DNA of 64,000 nt from Mobula birostris (taxonomy: Eukaryota): NCBI RefSeq assembly GCF_030028105.1, contig NC_092370.1, positions 80,248,969 through 80,312,968 on the forward strand, written 5' to 3'. Every line of letters starts with the position of its first letter. Position 1 is the stretch's first letter. Position numbers and translations under genes: made by a program. The notes under the pieces are model-generated. The model had not been told where the DNA came from, did no database searches, and saw nothing but the letters and a program-made list of their open reading frames with translations. Positions 47,101 to 53,950 of this stretch are shown in pieces.

Positions 47101-49725
47101 TAGAAAATCTAGTTAAGAAAAAGAAAAAAAGCTTATGAAAGGTTCAAGAAACTAGGTACTGTTAGAGCTCTAGAAGATTACAAGGGCGCCAGGAAGGAAC
47201 TCAAGAATGTAATTAGGAGAGCTAGAAGAGGCCATGAGAAGGCCCTGGTGAGCAGGGTTAAGGAAAACCCCCAGACATTCTACAAGTATGTACAGAGCGA
47301 GAGGATGAGGCATGTGAGAATAGGTCCAACCAGGAGTGAGAGTGGAAACGTGCATGGAGCCGAAGGAGGTAGTGGAGGTACTTAATGAACACTTTTCTTC
47401 AGTATGCCCCAGTGAAAAGGACCTTGGCAGTTGTGGGGATGAATTACAGCGACTGAAATGCTTGACTGAATAGACATTAAGAAAGAGGACGTGCTGGAGC
47501 TTTTTAAAGGTATTAAGTTGAATAAGTCACCTGAACTGGACAAGATATACCCAGGCTACTGTGGGAAGCAAGGGAGGAGATTGTTGAGTCTCTTGCGATG
47601 GTCTTTGCATCATCAATAGGGACGAGAGGAGTACCCGAGAATTGGAAGGTTGCAAATGTTGTTCCCTTGTTCAAGAAAGGGAGTAGAAATAACCCATGAA
47701 ATTATAGACCAGTTAGTCTTACTTCACTGGTGGGCAAGTTGTTGGAGAAGATTCTGACAGGCAGGACTTATGAGCATTTGGAGAGACATAATTTGATTAG
47801 GGATAGTCAGCATGGCTTTGTCAAGGGCAGGTTATGCTTTACGGGTCTGATTGCATTCTTTGAGGATGTAACAAAGGACATTGATGAAGGTAGAGCAATG
47901 GATGCAGTGTACATGGATTTCAGTAAGGCATTTGATAAGATTCCCCATGCAAGGCTCATTCAGAAAGTAACGAGGCATGGGATCCATGGAGACCTTGCTT
48001 TGTGGATCCAGAATTGGCTTGCCTACAGAAGGCAAAACGTGGTTGTAGATGATTCGTATTCTGCATGGAGATCGGTGACCAGTGGTGATCTGCAGGGGCC
48101 TGTTCTGGCACCCCTCCTCTTTGTGATTTTTATAAATGATCTGGAGGAGGAAGTAAGAGTGTGGGTTACTAAGTTTGCTGATGACACAAAAGTTGGGGGT
48201 GTTATGGATAGTCTGGAGCATTGTCAGAGATTACAGCGGGACATCGATAGGATGCAGAACTGGGATGAGAAGTGGCAGATGGACTTCAATCCAGGTAAGT
48301 GTGAGGTGGTTCATTTTGGTGGGTCAAATGTGAAGAAAGTATATAATATTGTCTTTAGTAAGACTCTTGGCAGTGTGGAGGATCAGCAAGCCCTTGGGGT
48401 CCATGTCCATAGGACATTCAAAGCTGCTGCGCAGGTTGACAGTGTTGTTAAGAAGGCATATAGTGCGTTGGCATTCATCAACTGTGGGATTGAGTTCAAG
48501 AGCTGTGAGGTAATGTTACAGCTATACAAGACCTTAGTTAGACCCCAGTTGGAGTACTGTGTTCAGTTCTGGTCACCTCATTAGAGGAAGAATGTGGATA
48601 CTTTAGAGAGAGAGCAGAGGAGATTTACAAGGTTGTTGCCTGGATTGGGGAGCATGCCTTATGAGAATAGGTTGCGTGAACTTGGCTTTTTCTCCTTGGA
48701 GTGACGGAGGATGAGGTGACCTGATAGAGGTGTATAAGATGATGAGAGGCATTGATCGTGTGGATAGCCAGAGGCTTTTTCCTGGGGCTGAAATAGCTAA
48801 CATGAGGGGGCATAGTTTTAAGTGCTTGGAAGTAGGTACAAGGGGGATGTCAGAGGTGAATTTTTCCACACAGTGGTGGATGCATGGAATGTACTGCCAG
48901 CGAGGGTGATAGAGGCAAATACAATAGGGTCTTTAAAGAGACTCATAGTATATAGAGCTTAGAAAAATAGAGGGCTATTGTAAGGAAATTCTAGGTAGTC
49001 TGTAGAGTAGGTTACATAGTTGGCACAACATTGTGGGCTGAAGGGCCTGTAATGTGCAGTAGATTTCTATGTTCTAATCCTATTGACTTGCTTTTGGTCT
49101 GTTGCACACCATGCTTCTTAAACACGCACAGTGAGTCCACCACTTGCTCAGGCATTGCGTTTCTGATCAAATTCACCCACCAACCTGCACATGTCAGGGC
49201 GGTCGGAGGAAATTAGAGCACCCAGAGGAAACTCAAGATCTCAGGGAGAACGTGCAGACTCCACACAGACAGGAACTGAGGCCAGACTCAAACTCACGTC
49301 TCTGGAGCCATGAGCCAGTGGCTCCACCGCCTGCACAAATGTCATCCATTGTGTAATTACGATGCTTGAGGGTTCATACTTCAGAACAGTGAGCGAGACA
49401 GTTGCCAAACCATCAGTATTTCTAAACAATCAGAAACCTGGTAACAATTCTGGACACCTTGGCTGTCAGATCCCAGTGAGGTAGTGCATTTTCCAAGTAG
49501 AGCCCATCCAGCTCCAGCTGTGATCTGAGAATTCAGCCCGTCTGGCTGAGCGGGATCTACTTGTCTGTGAAGTCCAGCTCCAACCCGGGCTATGCATTTG
49601 CCAATAGATCCATTAAGGGAACTGCTTATGAAGACTCAATTGCATTGCTTGGAACTATACTCATAACATTATCAATTTCCAATGTCAACATTGTTGCATT
49701 GTTTTTTTGACAGACCCAATTCTGA
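2135..49725 (+). CDS. MEP1B: Meprin A subunit beta-like astacin metalloprotease, spliced CDS lacking the signal-peptide exon: 2135-2165, 2723-2773, 4433-4476, 4592-4670, 12938-13055, 15553-15731, 17289-17507, 21077-21229, 24207-24422, 28031-28504, 28583-28765, 31068-31272, 45829-46033, 49714-49725
   Basis: Exons sum to 2169 nt (722 aa + TGA), with compatible phases and GT-AG introns. Domain order: propeptide ([13 protein letters not shown]), astacin ([20 protein letters not shown]), MAM, TRAF/MATH (WPCPW), EGF, TM, basic tail. The TM/tail ([22 protein letters not shown]...RKKY), the absence of a furin-cleaved I domain and basic active-site residues (CER, GKEH, GQR) point to beta rather than alpha. 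Confidence 0.93.
2723..2773 (+). CDS. MEP1B: MEP1B exon 3, propeptide ([17 protein letters not shown])
   Basis: ctcatccag acceptor (CAG-AAG tandem acceptor), gtaatt donor, meprin propeptide motif. Confidence 0.9.
4433..4476 (+). CDS. MEP1B: MEP1B exon 4, propeptide with Asp-switch ([15 protein letters not shown])
   Basis: ctctgcag / gtaagc, 44 nt, astacin propeptide xEGDI motif. Confidence 0.92.
4592..4670 (+). CDS. MEP1B: MEP1B exon 5, activation site and start of protease domain ([26 protein letters not shown])
   Basis: aatcag / gtgggt, 79 nt, RWP-x-IPY motif. Confidence 0.93.
5035..5655 (-). mobile_element. CR1-type LINE 3' fragment
   Basis: ORF 5420..5608 RPHLEY..QFWA.HLRK...LERAQRNF is the CR1 ORF2 C-terminal motif. 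Confidence 0.8.
5857..8200 (-). mobile_element. CR1 LINE, 5'-truncated and decayed, interrupted by a hAT MITE
   Basis: ORF 6472..6948 [14 protein letters not shown]...SKFADDTK; CR1 3' UTR near 5860-5960; host sequence resumes after the MITE TSD. Confidence 0.85.
7466..8097. mobile_element. Non-autonomous hAT (Charlie-like) MITE with ~135 bp TIRs and 8-bp TSD
   Basis: Ends CAGTAGCCCCCAACC...GGTTGGGGACCACTG; long imperfect inverted repeats at about 7466-7600 and 7965-8097; perfect TSD TTCCAGAG at 7458-7465 and 8098-8105. Confidence 0.88.
8320..12085 (+). mobile_element. Near full-length decayed CR1 LINE (ORF1 zinc finger + SGNH esterase; ORF2 endonuclease + RT)
   Basis: CSYCGMWE; GDSLVRG, GTNDM and RDCLHLN esterase motifs; CFNARSI, ETWL, YYRP endonuclease motifs; [21 protein letters not shown] motifs; many stops and frameshifts; CR1 tail near 12060-12085. 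Confidence 0.9.
8478..8607 (-). mobile_element. Short 3' end of a non-LTR retroelement (L1/Tx1-like) inserted into CR1 ORF1
   Basis: 9-bp TSD AGCAATCCT (8469-8477, 8608-8616); minus strand ends AATAAAAAGATTGAAAAAGAAGAAGAAA. Confidence 0.65.
12938..13055 (+). CDS. MEP1B: MEP1B exon 6 ([40 protein letters not shown])
   Basis: cccacag / gtaaga, 118 nt, strong meprin similarity. Confidence 0.95.
14760..15395 (+). mobile_element. CR1 LINE 3' fragment
   Basis: Decayed LQLYK...LEY..QFWS...LERMQRKF segment followed by a CR1 3' UTR. Confidence 0.7.
15553..15731 (+). CDS. MEP1B: MEP1B exon 7, zinc-binding motif [21 protein letters not shown]
   Basis: gtgacag / gtaaag, 179 nt, astacin HExxHxxGFxHExxRxDRD signature. 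Confidence 0.97.
17289..17507 (+). CDS. MEP1B: MEP1B exon 8, Met-turn SVMHY and GQR
   Basis: ttattcag / gtgagt, 219 nt, [10 protein letters not shown]...IGQRMEFS...LYNC. Confidence 0.96.
17861..18089 (+). mobile_element. Probable solo LTR
   Basis: TG...CA ends, internal AATAAA, flanking GTATT/GTGTT (5-bp TSD with one mismatch); interrupts a SINE-like host. Confidence 0.55.
18635..19128 (+). mobile_element. Non-autonomous Tc1-derived element
   Basis: Decayed Tc1 N-terminal HTH ([11 protein letters not shown]...[18 protein letters not shown]); same family as 24500-25875. Confidence 0.6.
19790..20960 (-). mobile_element. CR1 LINE 3' fragment, interrupted by a SINE
   Basis: Reverse CR1 tail (ggagcagaattaggccac) and ORF2 remnants [24 protein letters not shown]. 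Confidence 0.75.
20377..20672 (+). mobile_element. tRNA-derived SINE with CORE-like central segment
   Basis: A box TGGCCAAGTGG, B box GTTCGAGCC, GTGTCCTTGAGAAAGGCATTTAA core-like motif, perfect 8-bp TSD TGAAATGA (20369-20376, 20673-20680). Confidence 0.85.
21077..21229 (+). CDS. MEP1B: MEP1B exon 9, MAM domain N-terminal part
   Basis: ggttag / gtaaac, 153 nt, [16 protein letters not shown]...MGNCKG. Confidence 0.95.
21750..21910 (+). repeat. Penelope-derived short repeat containing a minimal hammerhead-ribozyme-like motif (best-preserved core in the window)
   Basis: 21782-21819 CAGTC-CTGATGA-A-GGGTCTTGGCCT-GAAA-TGCC-AACTG; the same family recurs more than ten times in the window. Confidence 0.65.
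21920..22280 (-). mobile_element. Rex1/L2-like LINE 3' fragment
   Basis: ORF 22065..22292 [23 protein letters not shown] is a typical ORF2 C-terminal motif. Confidence 0.7.
23072..23225 (+). repeat. Degenerate ~33-bp minisatellite (about 4-5 units)
   Basis: Recurring CCCAAAGCAAG(C/T)AGGTGGCCCTCCACTGTAGT-like units. Confidence 0.55.
24207..24422 (+). CDS. MEP1B: MEP1B exon 10, MAM domain
   Basis: gtggcag / gtaggt, 216 nt, GYFMHF...[18 protein letters not shown]. Confidence 0.96.
24500..25875 (+). mobile_element. Tc1-derived element split by a CR1 3' fragment (~24610-25437, plus)
   Basis: Tc1 N-terminal [32 protein letters not shown] follows the CR1 tail; CR1 ORFs 24611..25000 and 24907..25191. 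Confidence 0.8.
26123..27359 (-). mobile_element. Gypsy (sushi/Tf2-like) pol fragment: end of protease + RT, no paired LTRs
   Basis: [15 protein letters not shown]; [14 protein letters not shown]; [21 protein letters not shown]...DLRSAYH...[13 protein letters not shown]...YLDV; frameshifted. Confidence 0.9.
28031..28504 (+). CDS. MEP1B: MEP1B exon 11, end of MAM and TRAF/MATH domain
   Basis: gcaacag acceptor (an in-frame alternative ttgcag lies 6 nt downstream) / gtcagt; [16 protein letters not shown]...WPCPW...DQHPDIR. Confidence 0.95.
28583..28765 (+). CDS. MEP1B: MEP1B exon 12, TRAF domain C-terminal part
   Basis: tttacag / gtaagg after a 78-bp intron; FWDRPNKVG...[22 protein letters not shown]. 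Confidence 0.96.
28835..29985 (-). mobile_element. CR1 LINE 3' fragment (RT to tail)
   Basis: ORFs 29093..29500 and 29677..29958 with [30 protein letters not shown]. Confidence 0.92.
31068..31272 (+). CDS. MEP1B: MEP1B exon 13, S/T/P-rich stalk + first part of EGF domain
   Basis: ctttcag / gtaatt, 205 nt; DASHL...[24 protein letters not shown]. Confidence 0.93.
31298..31510 (+). mobile_element. tRNA-derived SINE
   Basis: A box TGGCGTAGTGG, B box GTTCAAATCC, T-rich tail; starts about 25 bp after the exon 13 donor. Confidence 0.7.
31900..32365 (-). mobile_element. CR1 LINE 3' fragment
   Basis: [24 protein letters not shown] motif and reverse CR1 tail. Confidence 0.8.
34560..35445 (+). mobile_element. 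CR1 3' fragment containing a short RTE-derived non-autonomous insertion (34941-35199)
   Basis: CR1 [17 protein letters not shown] motif; inner insert flanked by AGGTGATTGGA / AGGTGAATGGA (11 bp, one mismatch), with an RTE-like GGAGGGTTGG...GCTAGCAACCCC segment and an AAG tail. Confidence 0.7.
35710..36215 (+). mobile_element. Gypsy 3' remnant: integrase C-terminus, polypurine tract and putative 3' LTR
   Basis: [15 protein letters not shown] resembles the integrase-tail motif ISVDRLK; G-rich tract at ~35968-35990 followed by TG...TTACA. Confidence 0.55.
36479..37007 (+). repeat. 5' LTR
   Basis: Direct repeat of 43469-44031, TG...CA ends. Confidence 0.93.
37012..37029 (+). other. Primer-binding site complementary to the tRNA-Pro 3' end
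   Basis: TGGGGGCTCACCCAGGAT versus canonical Pro PBS TGGGGGCTCGTCCGGGAT (15/18), 4 nt after the 5' LTR. Confidence 0.8.
42003..42585 (+). mobile_element. 5'-truncated RTE-clade LINE inserted in the Gypsy integrase
   Basis: FVYLG...[12 protein letters not shown]...[10 protein letters not shown]...LEAFEMW...[13 protein letters not shown]; (ACTG)n tail; perfect 14-bp TSD ATGATCAAAAGGTT (41989-42002, 42586-42599). Confidence 0.92.
43469..44031 (+). repeat. 3' LTR
   Basis: Direct repeat of 36479-37007, preceded by a polypurine tract. Confidence 0.93.
44357..45240 (+). mobile_element. Young 5'-truncated CR1 LINE with uninterrupted ORF2 C-terminus
   Basis: ORF 44321..45181 is open for about 270 codons of CR1 ORF2 ([20 protein letters not shown]...[18 protein letters not shown]), then a CTATTCTATGTT tail. 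Confidence 0.92.
45829..46033 (+). CDS. MEP1B: MEP1B exon 14, end of EGF, transmembrane helix, cytoplasmic tail
   Basis: tcttacag / gtgagt, 205 nt; [15 protein letters not shown]...[30 protein letters not shown]. Confidence 0.95.
46260..49078 (+). mobile_element. CR1 LINE ORF2 (endonuclease + RT), decayed
   Basis: VAITETW, SDFNFP, LDLVL, SDHN endonuclease motifs; ORF 47730..48584 RT ([19 protein letters not shown]); CR1 tail. Confidence 0.92.
49714..49725 (+). CDS. MEP1B: MEP1B terminal coding exon (TQF-stop)
   Basis: ttttttgacag acceptor, phase 0, very short F-terminated last exon as recalled for mammalian MEP1B, followed by poly(A) signals. Confidence 0.75.
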   Translation, partial: TQF

Positions 49726-49895
49726 AAGGCTCCATTCACAGAAAAGGGACAGGAAACTCCAAGTGAGGACATTTCAGCAGAAATCCAAATCAAACTGGAC
49801 AGATCTGTGAATTGTGACTTAGCTTTACCGATATTTGACTTCTAGTTAAAAATTGTACTAAAGGAGCTGATTGTAATAATTGATGGTGTTTGAAC

Positions 49896-49932
49896 ATTAA
49901 ATGTACAGCATTACATGAAAATGTTAAATAAA
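49896..49932 (+). terminator. Candidate MEP1B polyadenylation signals (ATTAAA 49896, AATAAA 49927)
   Basis: Hexamers 170-200 nt after the stop codon in an AT-rich non-repeat UTR, with GT-rich sequence downstream. Confidence 0.6.
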
Positions 49933-50589
49933 AATGATTGCAAAACAATCATAACGAGGTTGGATTGTGACTGCAGGATGATTTAGATAGAGGTGCCATT
50001 TAATCATTTGTAGTTATGTGATAGAATTTAAAATTGAAAATGGTTTTATCAATCAGTGTCAGCGGTGAATTTAATAGTGACTCAAGAGCATGAGGTAGAG
50101 GAATCAGGAGCAAGGGTAGGAAACCCACTCCTTTGGATCTACTTTGTCATTAAGATCATTACTGACATATCTCAGTGCTGTATATCCTTAGATTCCATCA
50201 ATGTCCACTCCTCTCCTGTCATTGACATTGACCTCTGCTCTGATGCAGGTAATGGAGCCATCACAGTCATTTGGGGGGTGGGGGGGAGGGGAGAGAGACT
50301 TCCAACATTCACCATACTCTGCCTGATAGAAATTCTCCTCACCTCAGCCTGAACAGCCTACCGCTTAACTTCAGGCTGTGCCCCTGGTCCTAGACTCCTC
50401 AGCCAGGGGAAATTTCTTCCCTGCATCTGCCCTTCAAGAATTTTGTAAGGGTCAATAAGATATCCACTCAATCTCCTAACCTATGGAGTCCAGTCCCAGA
50501 TTATTCAATCTCCATTCATATGGTAAACCCACCATTTCTGGAACCAGTCTGGTTAAACCTCACTGAAACCCCTCAATGGCAAGTTCATC

Positions 50590-51585
50590 TTGACCCTCAC
50601 CAATTTTTATCAATGCACCACAGAAAGCATCCTATCCAGATGCATTGCGGCTTGGTATGGCAACTGCTCTGCCCATGATAGCAAGAAGTTGCAGAGTTAG
50701 AGGACATCTTCAAAAGGTGATGCCTCAAAAAGGTGGCATACATCATTAAAGGCCCCCCATCACCCAGGACAAGCTCTCTTCTCATTGCTGCCGTCAAAGA
50801 GGAGGTACAGGAGCCTGCAGACACACTCTCAATGTTTTAGTTACAGCTTTTCCCCCACCTCCATCAGATTTCTCCACAGACAATGAACCCATGTACCTCA
50901 ATATTTTTTTCTCTATTTTTGCTTTTTGTTGCACTACTTATTTAATTCCTTTAAAATATATTTCTTATTGCAATTTATAGTTTTTAAAATTATTATGTAT
51001 TGCAATCTACTGCTGCCACATAACGACAAATTTCATGATATATGCTGGTGATATTAAACCTAATTCTGATTCTAAAAAGGGATGTGTTGGCATTGGAGAT
51101 CATTGAAAATAATTTCAGGACTGAAAGGTTTAATGTACAAAGAGTGTTTGATGACTTTGGGCCTATACTCACCAGAGCTTAGAAGAATGGGGGGGAGTGG
51201 GGGGGGGATCCTCAATGAAACCTACTAAATATTGAAAGACCTAGAGAGAGCGGATGTGGAGAGGATACTTCCAATAGTGGGAGAGACTGGGACCGGAGTG
51301 CACAACCTCAATAGAATCCCATTAGAACAGATGAAGAAGGTTTTCTTCAGCCAGAAGGTGGTGAATCTGTAGAATCCATCTTGGCTGTGAAGGCCATACA
51401 TTAGGTGTATTTAAAATGGAGGTTGTTAGGTTCTCAATTAGTAAGGGCGTCAAAGATTGCAGGAAGAAAGCAGGAGAATAGGTTGAGATGGAAAGTAAAT
51501 CAGCCATGATCTAATGGCAGAGCAGACTCAATGAGCCAGACGGTCCAATATTGCTTCGATATATTAGTCTTCTGTCCTTATGGAC
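50590..51585 (+). mobile_element. Adjacent Rex1/L2-like (~50590-51070) and CR1 (~51075-51585) 3' fragments
   Basis: TNFYQCTTESILSRCIAAWYGNC motif, then LGLYSPELRRM and a CR1 tail. Confidence 0.7.
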
Positions 51586-53059
51586 TGGTTGTTACGAACT
51601 ATATAGAGTGAGTTAAGTAAGCCATTTGTAGCCACTGCACTTACTGAACACATCAGCAGCTATAGACTGCATCCTCTGACTGGAGGACAGCACATCCCAG
51701 TGCCTGGTCCTTTCCCCCAACAGATGCTGTTCAACTCACTGAGTTCCTCCAGCAGAATCTGTGTTGCTCAAGAATCCAGCAGCTGCGAACTCCGTTGTCT
51801 TGACCACACATCACCTACATGTCAGATTCAGATTTATTTATCACAAGTGTATGGAAACATACAGCAAAATGCATTGCTTGCATTTACAATCAGTACAACC
51901 CAAGGATGTGCTAGGGGCTGCCTCCAAGTGTGGTCACACATTCCGGCACCAATGTAGCAGGCCCACATTGCTCAGCAAAAAAATACAGAACATAATAAGC
52001 AATGAATCAGCAAAAGAAGCCTCTTTCCTCCCTCCCATCCACCCACACACTTGGGCAGTCCTCCAACTCCAGGACAGACCTCAGAGCCTTCAGTTTCCAA
52101 CTCCGGGCTTCAGCCACTGGGCTTCAACTTATGATTGACCTTTGAGTTTTGATCTTTAGTATCGATCCCAGACTCGCCGATAATGGGATACAGGCCTTGA
52201 ACTCCAGGCTCGCTGACTGACCTCATGCAGCAACACACAAAAATCTGGAGGAACTTAACCCTAAGCACCAAGACCTGGGCCTCAATACCTCCCTCTGCAA
52301 CTGGATCCTCAATTTCCTCACTGGCAAACCCCATATAGTACAGATTGGCAACAACAACTTCACCACATTCATCATCAGCATAGATTTACCACAAGGCTGT
52401 ATGCTTGCCCCCTGCTTTTTACCCAAGATTGCATGTCTAAGTACAGCACCAATATTGTATTTAATTTTGCCAATGACATACTGTTCTTGGCCAAATTAAA
52501 GGTGATGATGAATGAGCATATAGGCAGGAGACTGAAAATCTGGTTGAGTGGTACAACAATACAAGAGCTGATTGTCAACTAAACGAGGAAGAGGCTGGAG
52601 GTCCATGAGCCTCATTAGGGGATCAGAGGTGGAGTCAGTAGCTCACCTTTTTATTCTGGCGCCTTTCCTCCCATCCTTTCCAGTCCTAAAGGAGGATCTC
52701 AGCAGGCAGGCAGCATCCTTGGAAAAGAGTAAAACAGTCAATGTTTTGGGCCAAGACCAGATGTTTATTCTTTTCCACAGCTTCTGCCTCACCTACTGAG
52801 TTTCTCTAACATTCTATTGTATTTCTTTATTTTCCTCTAAATTCCTGCAAGGAAATTAATTTCAAGGCAGTATATGGTAGCATATATATACTTCGATAAT
52901 ACATTTCCTTTGACTCGGAGAGCATCTGTGCAAGGAAATGGACAGTCGTTGTTTGAGGTTGGGACCCTTCATCTAAATTGAGAATACTGGTAGCCAATGA
53001 TTACATGTAAACTGTTCGTTTTCCTCCACAGATGCCTCCCTTAGCCGCTGAGGTCCTCC

Positions 53060-53950
53060 AGCATTCAGCACGGTGAGATTGGGACTCCGATGACAGTATC
53101 CCCCCACCGTTGTCGGAGGCCCACATGGGTGAGCCGGCCTCCCCGTCCTCCTACCGCCCCTCCGGTCGGAGGACGTTACAAGTGAGCCGGCCTCCACGTA
53201 CAGCGCACGTCCCCCAACCCCTCCCCCTCGTGGCCGGAGGACCACACAGCACCGGTTATATAGCGGGCTGAGGCAGGTGTGCGCGCCGCTGCGGTCGGAG
53301 GGTTACCTCGCAGGAGCGGGAGGGCCGGCTGTCGAGCGACGGGTGTGGAAGCTGCCGAGTTAGCGGCCTGCTTACTGGATGCGGGAGGCGGCGTTGGCAG
53401 TGTTTTAGGCTCGGAGTGGGACGAGCCTGGCTCCCCAGGCCATGTGGCCGGCGGTCTAGCGCGGGCCGGCGGGTCGAGGGAGGGGTGGAGGTGGAGATGG
53501 CAGCGAACTGGCACGACGTACTGGCCGACAAGGCCGAGCTCCTGCTGGGGCGGCTGGAGGAAGGAGTATGGGCTGGCCTGGGCCTTCTCCGCACCGGCCT
53601 GGGCATCGATTTGGGCCTGGAGCCGTGGCTCAGACGCCAGTCCCCCGGCTCAGCCGGCTGGCTGTTGCTACTGGCGGCGGCGGCGGGCGGCCTGTTGCTG
53701 CTGCTCGCCGGGCTGTGGACGGCCGCCTGTCGCCTTGGTCGATGTCTGGGCTTTGGCAAGCGGTCCAGCAGCGGAACCCCACTCGCGGGTGCCGGCGGTC
53801 GGAGGAGTGGCAGCGGCGCCAGGAACAGGGATAGGACGCCGGCAGAGGTGCAACTACAGCGAGCCGAGGAGCAGAGGAAGAGGAGCCGCAAGAAGGAGAA
53901 GCCAAAGGTAGGAGAGAAACTGCAGCATTACCCCGTGAAGGGGTAACCAA
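53060..53950. promoter_or_regulatory. CpG island / MTDH promoter and first exon
   Basis: Abrupt GC- and CpG-rich segment in a CpG-depleted background; CCGCCC box near 53154; TATATA at 53257-53262. Confidence 0.85.
53497..53907 (+). CDS. MTDH: Metadherin / LYRIC / AEG-1, first coding exon (137 codons); remaining exons not found in the window
   Basis: MAANWHDVLADKAE...GLGLLRTGLGIDLGLEP...GWLLLLAAAAGGLLLLL..LWTAAC...RAEEQRKRSRKKEKPK matches the LYRIC N-terminus, TM segment and basic NLS region; Kozak GAGATGG; donor AAG|GTAGGA, phase 0. Confidence 0.92.

Noticed and set aside
2135-49725. Assignment as MEP1A
   Set aside because: No furin-cleaved inserted domain; the EGF-TM-tail sequence and basic active-site residues are beta-like.
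53190-53212. Hypoxia-response (RCGTG) elements in the MTDH promoter
   Set aside because: Two 5-6 bp matches on the minus strand are expected by chance in a CpG island; no independent support.
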